A model generated the notes under the pieces. The model did no database searches and was not told the DNA's origin. It was given only the letters and a program-made list of their open reading frames with translations. DNA of 64,000 nt, taken from the NCBI GenBank assembly GCA_964036045.1, contig OZ038378.1, positions 42,842,001-42,906,000 of the forward strand, written 5' to 3'. Source of the stretch: Eutreptiella sp. 'Long Island Sound 2002' (Eukaryota > Protista > Euglenida). This document shows positions 48,100 to 60,940 of this stretch, piece by piece (the stretch's first letter is position 1; every line of letters begins with the position of its first letter). Both the position numbers and the translations under genes were made by a program.

Positions 48100-50600
48100 A
48101 CCACCCACGCTCGGTAGACACCTTTCGGGCATTGCATGCCTGGATATCACAACAGTCAGACATTCTACTCACAAGGTTGCAGCTACAATTTTATCGTGGA
48201 GTGCTATCCCACAGGACAATTGGCCACTAGCAGCGACTTCTTCGGTGGCGTTTTCATGCTTTAAGAAGGGGTCACCGGGTACATGACTGGCGGGCGACAG
48301 GTTACTAGACAAGCCTGTGTGGCGCACAATTGTTTTCACTAAGTCTATCAAATCACGAGTGAGAGAGATGAGAGAAAGATCGTTTACATACCCGAAGTTG
48401 CGCTGCAAAGGCATTTGCATAGGACTTTATTGCACCGGAAGGGCAGATTCACGTGGATCTGATTCCGGTTCTACAAAAACAATACGAGCCGCACTTCTCT
48501 AGGGGACGGTAACATTTGATCCAACGCGGTGGGTTTTCAAGGGTCGGTGCCATTGTTGCCTCATTTGAGTTCACTGGGTGTCCCGTAGGTAGGGGTGTGT
48601 GGGGTATATTCGGAAAGCCCTTGAAAAGGGCTATTTGGAACACTCTGGGTCTGCATGCATACTGACAATGTGTTTGAGATTTTCGTCCGTTTTGGACGGT
48701 GCCTCTGTTGCTTGCTGCCTCCTTTGTCGAAATGGTTGCGTGGTGCCATAAGTCTTCATCTAGCTATCTGGACCACCTGCAGAACCGTGTTTTGATAAGA
48801 GATGACAAAATAAAATGGGTGGATTTTGGTATAACACCTGACCCTAAGAACCCCATCCAGCAGCCCCATCCTGGCTTTGTCTGGGTGAAATCAGGGTACA
48901 GTGAGACCATTGGCGCAAGGTCCGGCAGACCAAGCAGCGCAACGTGGACCTGACAACTGACGGCCTGTGGACCATGCCTCTCAACACGGGGTGGGTGCCA
49001 GTCAAGGCACACAGGCTGCAGGATTGGGAAAAACTGAAAAATATGTTCCAATTCACAAGCAGGGAGATGTGTGCCCAAATGGGTTCCCTGCCCTTGTGGA
49101 AGGGGGCAACAATGAGGACGATTCAGGTTCCGAATAATCAGTGGTCCCTCGAGCATTGCCCCGTCCTATGCATTGTCCAATTTGCAGCTATGTTTGCTCA
49201 AAAATGTGACCTCCTACCCGCCCCCTCCCCAACCCATACATTTCTGAAACGGCCTTTTCTCACATATTTCAAAAAGAATACACATACCCCCCCCCCCCAA
49301 AGGGACGAAATTTGGGCGCATTGGACCAACAGTTTACAAAACCCTGCAAAAGTGCCAAAACCCACCGTGATGGCGCACTATGAATGTCCCTGAGAGATAT
49401 ACCAAGCGAATAATCGACATTTCAGACCATGCACGGAAGGGAAAATGGGATGTCAACAGATCAAACCCCCCCATTGGACATGTTGTCCTTCAAAGCGATT
49501 CGTCGGGCAAGTGCGTCGCTCTGCTACATTGAAGACAGGCAATCGGATGAAGTGTGGTCCACATTGTCCGAATTCAATGTGCCACCATGATTGCACCACT
49601 TCGTCCTACGAGCACTATGGCGCAAGTTGCGGGTAGTCACACGTATGTTCACATTTAAAATGACGTCAACGGACGCTTGTCCGCTGTGCTGTAATTCAGA
49701 AGACCATTCACATGCACTGAGGAAGTGCCCCTACCTTTCGTTGCTGTTTTCCATAATCAGGCGCCTGTGGGGCGCGATAGTGGAGAGTAATAGGTGGTTG
49801 GAGCCATCCCGCATTTGCCTTGAACATTGTGTTGTTTCTTTGACTTCGGTTCAGGGCTGGCCGTGTTGGGCGGCCATATATGCGCGTTGGCTTATTTGGT
49901 GTAAGTGATTAAGTCTGCAAAGGGATAATGCGCCCACAGCCATATTGAGGCATTGGTATTCCATCGTTAAACAATGGGGGACGCTGGGGCACTGCCAGCA
50001 GGATCCGTGCGGATCACCATTTCGGCCATTTCTAGTTTCTTGCAAGTCTAGAGATCTAATGCTATCACCCCCCCCCCCCCACCCCCACGGGCAATGGCAT
50101 TTTAGGGTAGGTTTTCTAGATCCATGCCGGGACGCTAAGCACAAGCGACCGTCGTAGCTGCTGTCGGCGGCCTCACCCACGCGTGCAAGTGTGGACAACA
50201 GCAGCCAAAGCGCCTGCTAGCCTGGCGGCTGGTGGCGCCACTTTTGGGCTCGACAGGCAAGAGTATTTTCAGAGGGTGTTTATGAGTCCTATAACCACAT
50301 TGCAAGGGGAGTGCGCAGCGGTGGTACAGGTTCTAAGAGACACGCCAGGGGACGTTCCTTTGCTCATCTCTTGTACAACGAGAGAATTGTAGGCATACAT
50401 ACCGGAGAGGGTATAAGAGGGCACCTCCTCACAATGGTACTCTAGGGTGCACGAAGCATAGCCCTTACTGGAGCACATTTGGGAGCAGTGCGTAGCATGA
50501 CATGCAGTGGTCCAGGGTGGTCAAAGGGCCCGTCGAACACGTAGGCAAGAGCAGAACTCGAAATGTTTTTACGAAAAGTTAGTGAAGCGGCGGGGACCCC
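48100..50600 (+). mobile_element. Degenerate L1/Tx1-like LINE: RT remnant, zf-RVT CCHC, C-terminal RNase H-like region
   Basis: CPLCCNSEDHSHALRKC at 49678-49728, W..RC-type tail (AAIYARWLIWCK), and downstream TLQGECAAVVQVL...VPLLISC. Homologous to 34330-35750. Intronic in the CEP44-like gene. Confidence 0.7.
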
Positions 50601-50911
50601 CTCGGGGGGGGGGCTCCAGCGTCGCCTGTGACACATCGCGACACACAGGAAGAGTAGGAGGAGCAAGGCCCCGACATGGTTTTGCCAGACCCAGAGTCGC
50701 TGCTCTGCTTCAGTGGAGCGTCAATATGCAGTCAGGGCGGGACCACAGTTTAGTTTGAATACTCGCCCCCTTTTGTGCGCTGGCAGGCCTTACACGAGCC
50801 CTTGGGGTCACCTAGAGTCTATATTCCACCCCCACGACCGCGGACCCCAGCATTCGGTCCTCTTCCATATACACCGCTGAGCAGTGCAGAGGTAGAACGT
50901 ATGGTAAACAG

Positions 50912-51110
50912 ATCCAGGACAGACACAGCTACAACACGCCGTCTGTTTCGCTGACCCCAGCTCCACCCCCAACCCCTGGACGCCCTGCACAAGAGCTCCA
51001 GCGAGCCTCGTGGGTACAAGCCCCCGCGGTCGCCGACAGCACAGTGGACTCGCCCAGTGGGGCCTCCACCAGGGAAGCACGGGGACAGCACCAGTGGGAT
51101 GTAGGACGCG
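50912..51110 (+). CDS. Tentative CEP44-like penultimate exon
   Basis: aaacag|IQDRHSYNTPSVSLTPAPPPTPG...QWDVGR-G|gtagga. The phase-1 end fits the acceptor at 51764/51765. Confidence 0.4.
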
Positions 51111-51286
51111 GTAGGAGCACTACGCCACCCCCTCTTGTTGCCTGCTTGCCAGTGTCTCTCAAGCTAGTTCCCAACAGCCTGTCAACGGGGCACCACAACT
51201 TCTGAACTCAGGGTTCGGTCGCTTAGAAGAAGCAGGATTTAGTTGTTGAAACTTGCAGTTTGAGCATCATTTAAATTGGTTGGGTG

Positions 51287-51612
<326 letters not shown>

Positions 51613-51764
51613 CACATAGCATGCTGCAAGGAAAAAGAGGGGCATCCTACCGTACCGGCATTTTCGGACGGATGGCGAACTGGACAGATGGGACGAATGA
51701 TAAGCCTGCCCTGCATATTGGCGAGAATGGTATACTCCTTTCCGCGCGGCACTCCCCCAACCAG

Positions 51765-52342
51765 GTGACACATTGCACGGGGGCCAGGCCGTGGCCCTGC
51801 CCCCAACGGTGCCCCCCCTCACGGCCGCGCTCTCCACCTCCGTGCCGCACATCCCCGCCGCGCACATGCCGAACGCAAGCATGTCCGCCTTTGTGGGGCG
51901 GCCCCCCAGCCCCGGGCCCCGCATTGCCACTGCGGACCCCCAGCCCCACAACCACAGCCACCCTAGCCCCCGTGCGTCCTATGCACTGAGCATGAGCAAG
52001 TTCAGCGCGGCGGACCCTTCCGGAGACCGACGGCCCCCCGGCAGCGCCTTCACCGCGACCGGGGCGCAGCAATCCCTCCCCAATGGCTGCTCCCCCGGGT
52101 CCCCCTCCGCCGCCCCTATCACGGGGGCTGTGCACGCGACGGACAAGATCAGACGGACGCAGGAGCTCCTGAAAGGCCACGGCATTGACCTCAGCACCCT
52201 GACGCTCAACAAACCTCGGGACATGTCGCAGAACCCGCTGCTGGCGTCATACAACGCGGCGGCTACGTCGGTCAACACCCTGGCCGCCAGCGCCGTGAAC
52301 CCCCTGGCGGCGACGGCGGTGAACCCCCTCGCGGCCCCGTAA
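51765..52342 (+). CDS. CEP44: CEP44-like protein, probable terminal exon
   Basis: caaccag|GT GAC ACA TTG..., open to TAA at 52340-52342. Pro/Ser-rich with HATDKIRRTQELLKG, reminiscent of the CEP44 C-terminal ..EETAELLK. GC3-rich coding-like composition. Confidence 0.55.
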
Positions 52343-54578
52343 TCGGCGGGCGACGGGGGCGCAGGATGAAGTTGGTGCCCCTGCGCTCCCCGTCACCCCC
52401 CCCCCCCCGTAGCGGCACGCCATACCCTTGCCTTGCCCCAGGGAATCGCCGAAGAGGGGAAGTGGGGGCAGGGGGCAACTCCGTTGCCTTTACACAGCCA
52501 CTTGCGCCCTCCAAAACGGCATCTTTCGAAACTCCCAATCTCCCCCAACCACTTTTGTAACCGCCACAAACTGCGTCCCACCGCTTTCCTGCTCAGTAAC
52601 CCCTTCTGTAGCTACCCCTGCACAGCCCTTTCAGAGCCCCTTCTCTTCATGTGATTTACCGCTGCACTCCTTCCCGCGACTCATCAAACTTGGCGAAGGA
52701 CAACCCGACCCTGAAGCCCCCGAAACCGAAACCAGATACTCTGTCGGTTTTTCCCACTCCCATTCCAGGTCCAAAGCGCGTCAGATATCTCCACACGACC
52801 AAGTTTTGTCTCACGAACAGGAGCCGGGGGTAGTGCCACAAGCTGAAAGGACTTTCTTCTGCGGTGCGGACAGAGAAAAAATTCTAGATCACGCCGGATT
52901 GGCTGCACAAAGGTCAAGGGCAGCTCCATTGAAGGAGGCGCACGTTGCTGCTCCTCACTGTGCTCTCCTTCACTCCACCCAACACACCTTGGTGCAGTGT
53001 GCATCTGGGCTGCTGGGCTAAGACTGCACTCGCCTAAGGCACCGGCACCCTTTGGGGCAAGAGCGTGGAGCGTCCCAGAAGGCCGACCCATATGCTTTGC
53101 CCAATGGGGGGAATGCTACACTTCCGTTGTGCACAACCAAAGCAAGTGAGTGAAAGATTGACACCTTTCTCAACAATGTCAAAGTCACCACAGCATGACA
53201 CGACATGTTTTATCATTTTTTTGCAGGTTTGCATTTATGCCTGTCTGCCCAGCATTTCCCCATGCCCGCCCAACACCACCCATGCTGCTTCCTGGACCAT
53301 GAGGGTTTGTTCATCTTGCCAACCTCACGGGGCGAGGGGGCTCGCACATTCTGCCTCATGGATTGTATGCACCTTGGTCGGTTGTCAGTCTCGTCTGTGG
53401 ACCCAGGCCCACGAGAGCATCGTGTCTCCGGCAGTGGTCGCTCTGGAACAAGTGGTGTTGGGCTTGTGTGGCTTCCTGCTTGAGCATTGCCATTGTGCAC
53501 ACCCTGTCTGGTGGCAGAACAGCATCCCGGACACAATCTATACACCTGGTTTGACCCATCCAAAAGTACGATAACAGATGGAAAGATGAAAAATCAGCCT
53601 CCAAGGCTCTAGGAATGGATTGCACAAGAGTTGACGGCCTGCCCCGAGATCGTCCCTGGCATTATTTCGCCTTGTGGGACCCATGAAGTAATATGCTGCT
53701 CGCATTGCATGAACTAGAGCCGCATATCACGACTTTCTTTCAACATCAGTATTCCCACTGCTTGACCACGCATGCGTGCATACTCCGTTGACGGTGTTAT
53801 GGACCGTGGGTTTCAGACAACCACAACACACAGATTAGCATCGGACACCGAGATGCGACAGGGCCCTGGGGTTGCGGTCCACAGTGAACACCATCATCGC
53901 AGGATCATCAACCGCCACCTTCATACCGCAATTGCAAGAATGTGAGCAATGCGATCCTGCAGCCAACGACTTGGAGTTGGCATGGAACACACATGAGGAC
54001 ATCCCTCATCGTATTGTCCCTTCCATGTACACCACACACAAAGAAACAGGTAGCAGAACTGCCAAACACAAATGCACCGATTCTTGTGCTGTCTGCAGCC
54101 GTTACAATGGGTCCATTTGTCTATTTTTGAGGGATACCCAACGAGTGTCACCAAACTTGCCGTGACCCTCGCAGACTCACTTGACGGTCAGTCGCTTGGC
54201 AGGACTATTTGGTTGCTGTAGGGTCAGGTGCTGGGGCACTCAGGGCAGGCAAATGCTTGCGTTTTCTCTGTGGAGGTTCCTGCGCATCACTATCCTCAGG
54301 GCGGAATGTAGCACTGGAGGGTTACCAATGAGGGTCCGTGCGATGTGAGTCACTGTCCTATTTCAGATGCCCCGCTTTCGGAAGATGACCCTGACGATAG
54401 CTTTTTATTACTCTTTCTTGCATTGGTCCGTCTTAACCTTTTCAGCGTTTGTTCTAGACCATGTTATGGCACGGCATGTCTACGTCTGGGTCGGGTGTCC
54501 CCCCCCCCCCCCTTGCACACCCCGTCCTGCGGACACAAAGGCCCACAGTGCCCGGGGTCGGGATCATGCGTTGTCATG

Positions 54579-54579
54579 G

Positions 54580-54643
<64 letters not shown>

Positions 54644-54767
54644 GTCCAGCACCAGTCTTCATGCTGTCTGTTCCACCCTCCATCCCCTAGGCAGACGAGA
54701 GCGTTGCAGGTTCCCTGTTGGACTCAAGGCTCCGCCGAACCTCTCTGAGATAGACTCAGTGATGCCT

Positions 54768-54826
<59 letters not shown>

Positions 54827-54840
54827 ACACACACACACAC

Positions 54841-54904
<64 letters not shown>

Positions 54905-54960
54905 CGGGGAGGGAGGGAGGGAGCGAGGGAGGGAGAGGGAGAGAGGCTGAGAGGGAGAGA
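54579..54960. repeat. (CT)n, (CA)n and (GA)n microsatellite cluster
   Basis: Direct reading. Confidence 0.95.
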
Positions 54961-56696
54961 CAGACGGACAGATGGACGGGCAGTCAGACAGACAGACATT
55001 CCCACCCCAGTACACACCCGTTACCCAACACCTCCACATTCCCACTTCTGCTCGAAACTTGGGAAGTGGGGCGGTAGACAAGCTTCTGTAGTCACACCGG
55101 CGAGCCCCCCAATTCCAGAACTTGCCCATTTTTTTGCGCCCGTGGGTTCCGTCACTTATGGCTAGCTGCCCCCACGGCGCGCCAACTTTGGGTGCGGTCC
55201 GCGGTTCACCAATTGTCTGTGTAATGCAACGGAAAATTTGCTGGCGGTTGGGGGACAGCAGCTGCCCTCTCTCGATTCAGCCAAGTCTTCAATTTTCTAA
55301 AAGTGACATTTTCTAGAGGTGACGCTCACGGGCGATTCGGGGACGAACGACATTTTCAAGCTCCATGATGAGTGAAAACCTGGCAAAGCCCCCTCCTATT
55401 CCTGGAGCGCCTGTCCCCAGACCTACTGCCCCCCACCCCCAAAGCAACCGGGTATCCCAAAAGATTTGTACCCCTCCCCGCTTTGCCCAAGAACCGCCGC
55501 ACGTCAGAGAAGGATCAGAACTCGAGCTCGGGATTCACCACAAATGTCAGTGACACCTGGCGGTACAATGTGTGGGCTACAGGGTGCTTTGAGTCGGGGG
55601 ATCAGACTGCAGCACGGATGTGAGTGACACACGCCGTGGCAAGTCTCGGAGGCACGGAGGGCAGGGATAATCAAGAGTGAATCGATAGACCTAAAGCGGA
55701 CAACGCATTGAAAAATCTGTGACGGCGCCTCATGGCGCCATATTCGTGACAATGCACTGTGAGAGTTTCCGGAGAGATTCTGCAGGGTGACAACCATCGT
55801 CGTTTATGGCCAAATACCCTTGTGCGCAAGAACCACCCCCTGATTCTGCGGCACTTTTTCTGACACCTTTTTTTGCACAAAATTGGGTTTTTATGGCTGT
55901 GGTGGATGTCGGGCAACAATTCAGGCATGCAGGACGGGGTTTGATGTGTGTTACATGACAATACATGAATGCCTGTCCTTCGGTGTTCATTTGTCCATGT
56001 GTTTCACTGTAAGAAAGGAAAGGGCATACATCCCCCGGTGCACCACCCCGGAATTGTTTTTTCACGTGGTATGGGTCTGCTCATGGACGTGCGCTGATTC
56101 CACGCCACTTTTTGGCTTGCAAACACTGTCCAAGAACCACCCGCTGGCCACACACCAAAACATTGCTGGTTCCTTGGCAAGAAGGGGGGAAGCTACCAAG
56201 GCCATGTCATGGATGCAACACTGCGACCCTCCTGAGTGCAGCCCTGAGAATGGTGCACCCCTGGGGCTGGGTGACCACCGGAGTATATTTTCGGAGGGGT
56301 ACGCCGCGGGGCTCTACCTGACGCTGTATGGCACGACTATTGGATTCTGTGGCAAAATTTTCGACCAACGCGGGTCACTGTCCTGGGCCCTTGCACGTCT
56401 ACCGAGACGAACCATCATACAGTCTGTCCGTGTGTGTGTCCGTATGTGCGTGCGTGCGTGTGTGCGTGCGCGTGCGCGCATGTGCATTTGCGTGTGGCGA
56501 TGTGCTGTCCAGTTTAAAGTGCAGAGAGCAAGTAGGCTCTTCCTTCTCCCTCTGGACCAGTTTGCAGAATGAGCAGCGTAACCCGACTCTAGATCAGGGT
56601 AAGGAGTGCGCAGCTTTCTGGGAATAATGGGACCAGCTTGCACAATACCGAGCAGAGCTGCTGAACTGCAGTCGAGTCCTCTGGGGTGAAGTGACC

Positions 56697-57094
56697 TAAA
56701 CCCCTGCCCCAAAAATAAGAACTGGCCCCAAACTAAGAACCGCCCCAAAAATAAGAACCGCCTGGGGCTTTCCACCGAGCGGGTCAAAAATAAGAACCAC
56801 CTTGGACACAAGCAAGACAAAAGCGGGGAACACTGAATGCCAGATCAGCCTCCGCAGGCTCAATCAACTGCTCAATCACCTCCATATCCGAGTCCTCAGA
56901 TGAGTCTGATTTTTCCACGTCAATGGAGTCCGCACACTGTGGGTGCAAGCCATCAAAAATGTCCATTTTTTCTGAAGGCAGGAGGAGGTGTCAAACGCAA
57001 TAGGAACCGCCCCCAAAAATAAGAACCCCCCCTGCTACCGCCACCAACTGGGTCAAAAATAAGAACCGGTTCCTATTTTTGGGGCGGGGGTTTA
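56697..57094. mobile_element. ~400-bp MITE with 26-bp TIRs and AAAAATAAGAACC subrepeats
   Basis: taaacccctgccccaaaaataagaac (56697-56722) versus the reverse complement of 57069-57094 (2 mismatches). The terminal TA could be a TSD (Tc1/mariner-pogo style). About seven internal motif copies. Confidence 0.75.
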
Positions 57095-58870
57095 CCCATT
57101 GTAGGTATGATGGGGGCCGCACGCAGCATAAATGAGACAGTTGGCGACCATGAGGTCGTGATCTGGTGTTAATGAAGCCAGTCTGGAAATTCTCCTAAGT
57201 TTACGATCCGGTGAACTGGAAAGTAGGATGTCCGCTTCTTTAAGAGAAGGAGCCCGCGCTCCCCTGCCTGCTGCTCCTGCCTCGCTGGTGCTTCTTGCTC
57301 TGTGCCTGTCGTGGCGCGTTCGTGCGTGCATGCGTGCATGCGTGCGTGCGTGCGTGTGGGTGTGTGTATGAATGCTATACATTGCATGTATTTGGACGGC
57401 ATCCCCGAGGAAATCTCTTGTGGCTGTGGCACGTCCTGTGACACAGCATATGCCACAGAACCTTCATCAGAGAAAACAGAGTGCAGTGCCGCGCAACAGG
57501 TATGTGTGTAGTATGTGGGAGAGACGCGGGTGGGATCGGTGATGTTGTGCACTCTATCTATTGTGCAGCTCAATCTGGCCCTAAGAATGCGCAGCACAGT
57601 TGTTTCGTTTTTTGGTGAGACGCTCAGTGATTTCGCAGAGAGGCCGGGGGGGGGGGGTCACCGTCTGGGCAGGCACTGAAGCAGGGAGGCAATCTGGGGG
57701 TGTCCGCACATCTAGGGGGTCAGGGCGAGTCCATGCGCACCCAGGCGGGGTGAGGTGTGGAAGGGGCAGTCGAAGCGCGTCCCAGCAGAGGGTTGGCAGG
57801 TCCTTGGGCGTGATGTTTTTAGCATAAAAATAAAGGTTTTGAGCTGCTGTTGGAATGTCGTTGCAGGCAGGTGTGTGAACAGTCATTGCTGGGTTGGTGG
57901 GGATGCACGGGTTGGTGGGGATGTAGTGTGCATACTGTGTTTTTGCTAGTCTATAATGTTCTACTTCCGAGCAGTATCGTCGTGAACCGTGTTTTGCAAT
58001 GGCTTTTTGATGTCCGCATTTACATTGATACACCGCAAAACAAACATTTCAAAATGATTGAAAACAGGAAGAATAGTAAAAAAACACAAAGCCTTTGTTG
58101 ACTTTTTCAATAACCATGCCTGATATAGGGACCGGTCCACAAAGGTTCTACTCGCGCAGTGCGGTGGCAACAAGCGATCTCACGATTTCACGTACATTCA
58201 CATTCGGGGCGAATGTAGCTACAACCTTTCATGTTGCGTCCAATTAGATGCACTTGTGCGCCTGAAAATTCAAATCGGTGCCATTGCTCCAGTGCGCACA
58301 ATGTTGGATACTTTGCGAGTTGAATTACCCTATACTATCTCTTTTTCCAGGATTTCTTCAGCTTTTTCTTTTCATGAGGCGCGCTCCTTTCTTATTTCTC
58401 TTTTTTTCAATTGGGATTTTGCCTTTGCCTTTTGTAACTGTTGCCGCCGTAAAATATTTTTTACCTCTCTCATCACAATGCAAAAAGACTTTCCACATTT
58501 TCAACTCCTCTATGCCGAGCACTGTTATTGCCACTCCCGCACTTGCCATCTGTCTCGTCAAGCGAGCGAACTCCCGGACATACATGGGCACCCTAGGTGT
58601 TTTGCGCAGCAGCTTCAAGGTCTTCATGGGCAGGACTCTTGCGGACCGCACGTCTTCATCGCCACGGCTCAAGGTCGCATGACCCTTTTTGTCCTCAACC
58701 ATGGCCTCATCTCCGCTTGGCACCGTTGTCCCACACTTGAAACCGTCCACTGCTGCTCTAAGTTTGGGTTTCGGGTTGAGAGGTTTTCATGCTGTGTACT
58801 CTTTCTAGAAATCCACTCTTGTCCTATTGGAGCCGCAATGCCCAACCATTCTCAATCATACGCATGAGAC

Positions 58871-60940
58871 TAGGGTTTAGAACCGGTTATCTTGATTAAC
58901 AAATCAATTAGATTCATTGGAATTAATCGGCAGCAAAAAAACCTATTATTCGAATCGAACCGGTTATTTTTTGAAAAATTCTTTTGCCCTGGTAACTGTC
59001 GCCGCGCGCGCCGCACGATATACGAAAGCCGCACAATAGACAGAATGCAACGTACAATCAATAACCACTGCCCACAAAAGATGAAATCAAAAGTAAGAAA
59101 AATAATACTACGTATGTACAGTGGTCAGACCTGCACGAACATATGTAACTGATAATTATATGCGGCCATCAACCTCGCTTAACAGCGTCTCTTCCTCCAT
59201 TGCTTTTGCCAGTTCGCAGGAGGTGAGACCGGCAGCGCTGAAGAAGCGTTCGACACCGGTTGAGGTCGCTAGACAACCCAAGTATTGCCGGGCTAGCTCG
59301 TTAAGACTAGGGAACACGTTTCCGTGCGTACGCCACCACGTGATCACACCCGTGTGCATGTTTGTCACCGGCAAGGCCAAGTTGTCATGCAACTCATCGG
59401 GCGATCCGCGTTTATTCTTGTTCATCTGTTCCTTGTCGTCATGGCTTGCAACATTTCCGCGGAACTCGTTGACTAGAAGCGGTATCAAACCTTGTCTCTG
59501 CTCGACACGTACATCGGCTGGCTTCGTTGATGGACATTTCTCAGGCAGATTTTAGCCGGCAGTTGTTCTCCCATTCTTCCCGCAGTGCTTCGTATGCGTC
59601 GGCTTTATCTTGGTCTATCATGAAACCGAAGTTGTCAAACCAAGGAGCAAGTAAAGTGGTAATCCGATAAAGACCAAGAATATGGGCTGGCAAAGAATGC
59701 AGGCATTTTCCAACTGCTGATGTGCTACATGATCCTCAGTTATCAATTCTGGTGCTATGATCACCGTTCCTTCATCCGTGAGAAAGGTTACATCCTTTTT
59801 GCGTGCTTTTTGATTTAGCATGTTGTAGAGGGTAGAACCAAAGATAAAGTTACACACTTTGTGCTTTGAACATCGTAGCACACTTTTGCCAATGGGAACA
59901 AGATTGCCACCGAGTGTTCGTTTAACTTTTAGTTTGGTATTGTCCATGTGCCTATGACCATATGGACCATCCTCATGTCGAGCTTCAGCCCCGTAGTTCG
60001 TGTCATAATTTTGCACCACGCGTTTCTGGTCTTGAAACCATTCCATGTTGTCTTTGGTGAACTGCCATCGCACTGTGTTCCCCGTTGTCGGTGGCTGCCT
60101 CTTTGGTATTTCCAAGTGCTCTTGCAAAGCCTCCACCGGTTACAGAGGATGACTTGACCGATGGAAATATGAAGTCATGCCCTTGGTGTTGCTCACAACA
60201 TCTTGGACGCCATCAGCCTACACGAACCCCTTGACAGCCAATTGGAGAGTATGGGCAGCGCAGTATCCACCACGCTGACCTCCTCATGCTTTTTTGATGT
60301 TGCGGCCGTGTTCAGATCTCTTTGCACGAATGTTATTCAATGTTAAACCCATTAACTGCAAATCGTTCACTGTGTCTTGCCGAATGTTGTCCCCACTATA
60401 ACGTTCACCCCAAAAACTACTAGCCCCGATGAGCATTTGATGTAGGCCGGTCCACTCACCGTCAATGTAATGCAAAATAGATCTCATTGAAGAAACATCG
60501 GTGTCGCTGAAAATATCACTTGCCATCACTCTATCACTTTTCAGCAGAGGAATCAGAGCCTTGTTTTTATGGTTCTTTGAAGGGACGAGGCCGTGCTTTA
60601 GGATTTCCTTCGATGAACAGGAACGAAAATTTCCATTTGATATCTCCATACAAAAGTCCTGACACTCTGCGTCAGTAACGGAGTGTCGTGGCCTCATGCC
60701 GCGACACAGCCAGTATGCGGGAGGGTTTGCATTTTTCGCACCACATTTTTCTATTTTGCAAGAGTTGAAATAAAGTGAAGGGGGTATGCCACGGTCAACA
60801 AAAGCACGAATGGGTCTCCAAAAAATCAAGCCGTGCCTCCTTTGATGGCCCGCAACAGATAGGTGAAGTAGGCAAACCACGGACTGTAGATCCCAGCACG
60901 GTTGTGACGGCTTGGCCCTGAACGTTGCTGTTGTGTCCAA
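58871..60940 (-). mobile_element. hAT transposase (frameshifted) with one terminal end
   Basis: Dimerization domain WWRTHGNVFPSLNELARQYLGCLATSTGVERFFSAAG (59156-59488), CAAHTLQL (60251-60262) and an N-terminal Cys/Trp BED-like region (60284-60940). The end at 58871 begins TAGGG with AACCGGTTAT subterminal repeats. Confidence 0.9.

Noticed and set aside
52900-58860. Scattered protein-like fragments (53065-54165, 55883-56572, 57092-58033, 58358-58750)
   Set aside because: No recognisable motifs or consistent splice phases. They could be decayed TEs or exons but cannot be supported.
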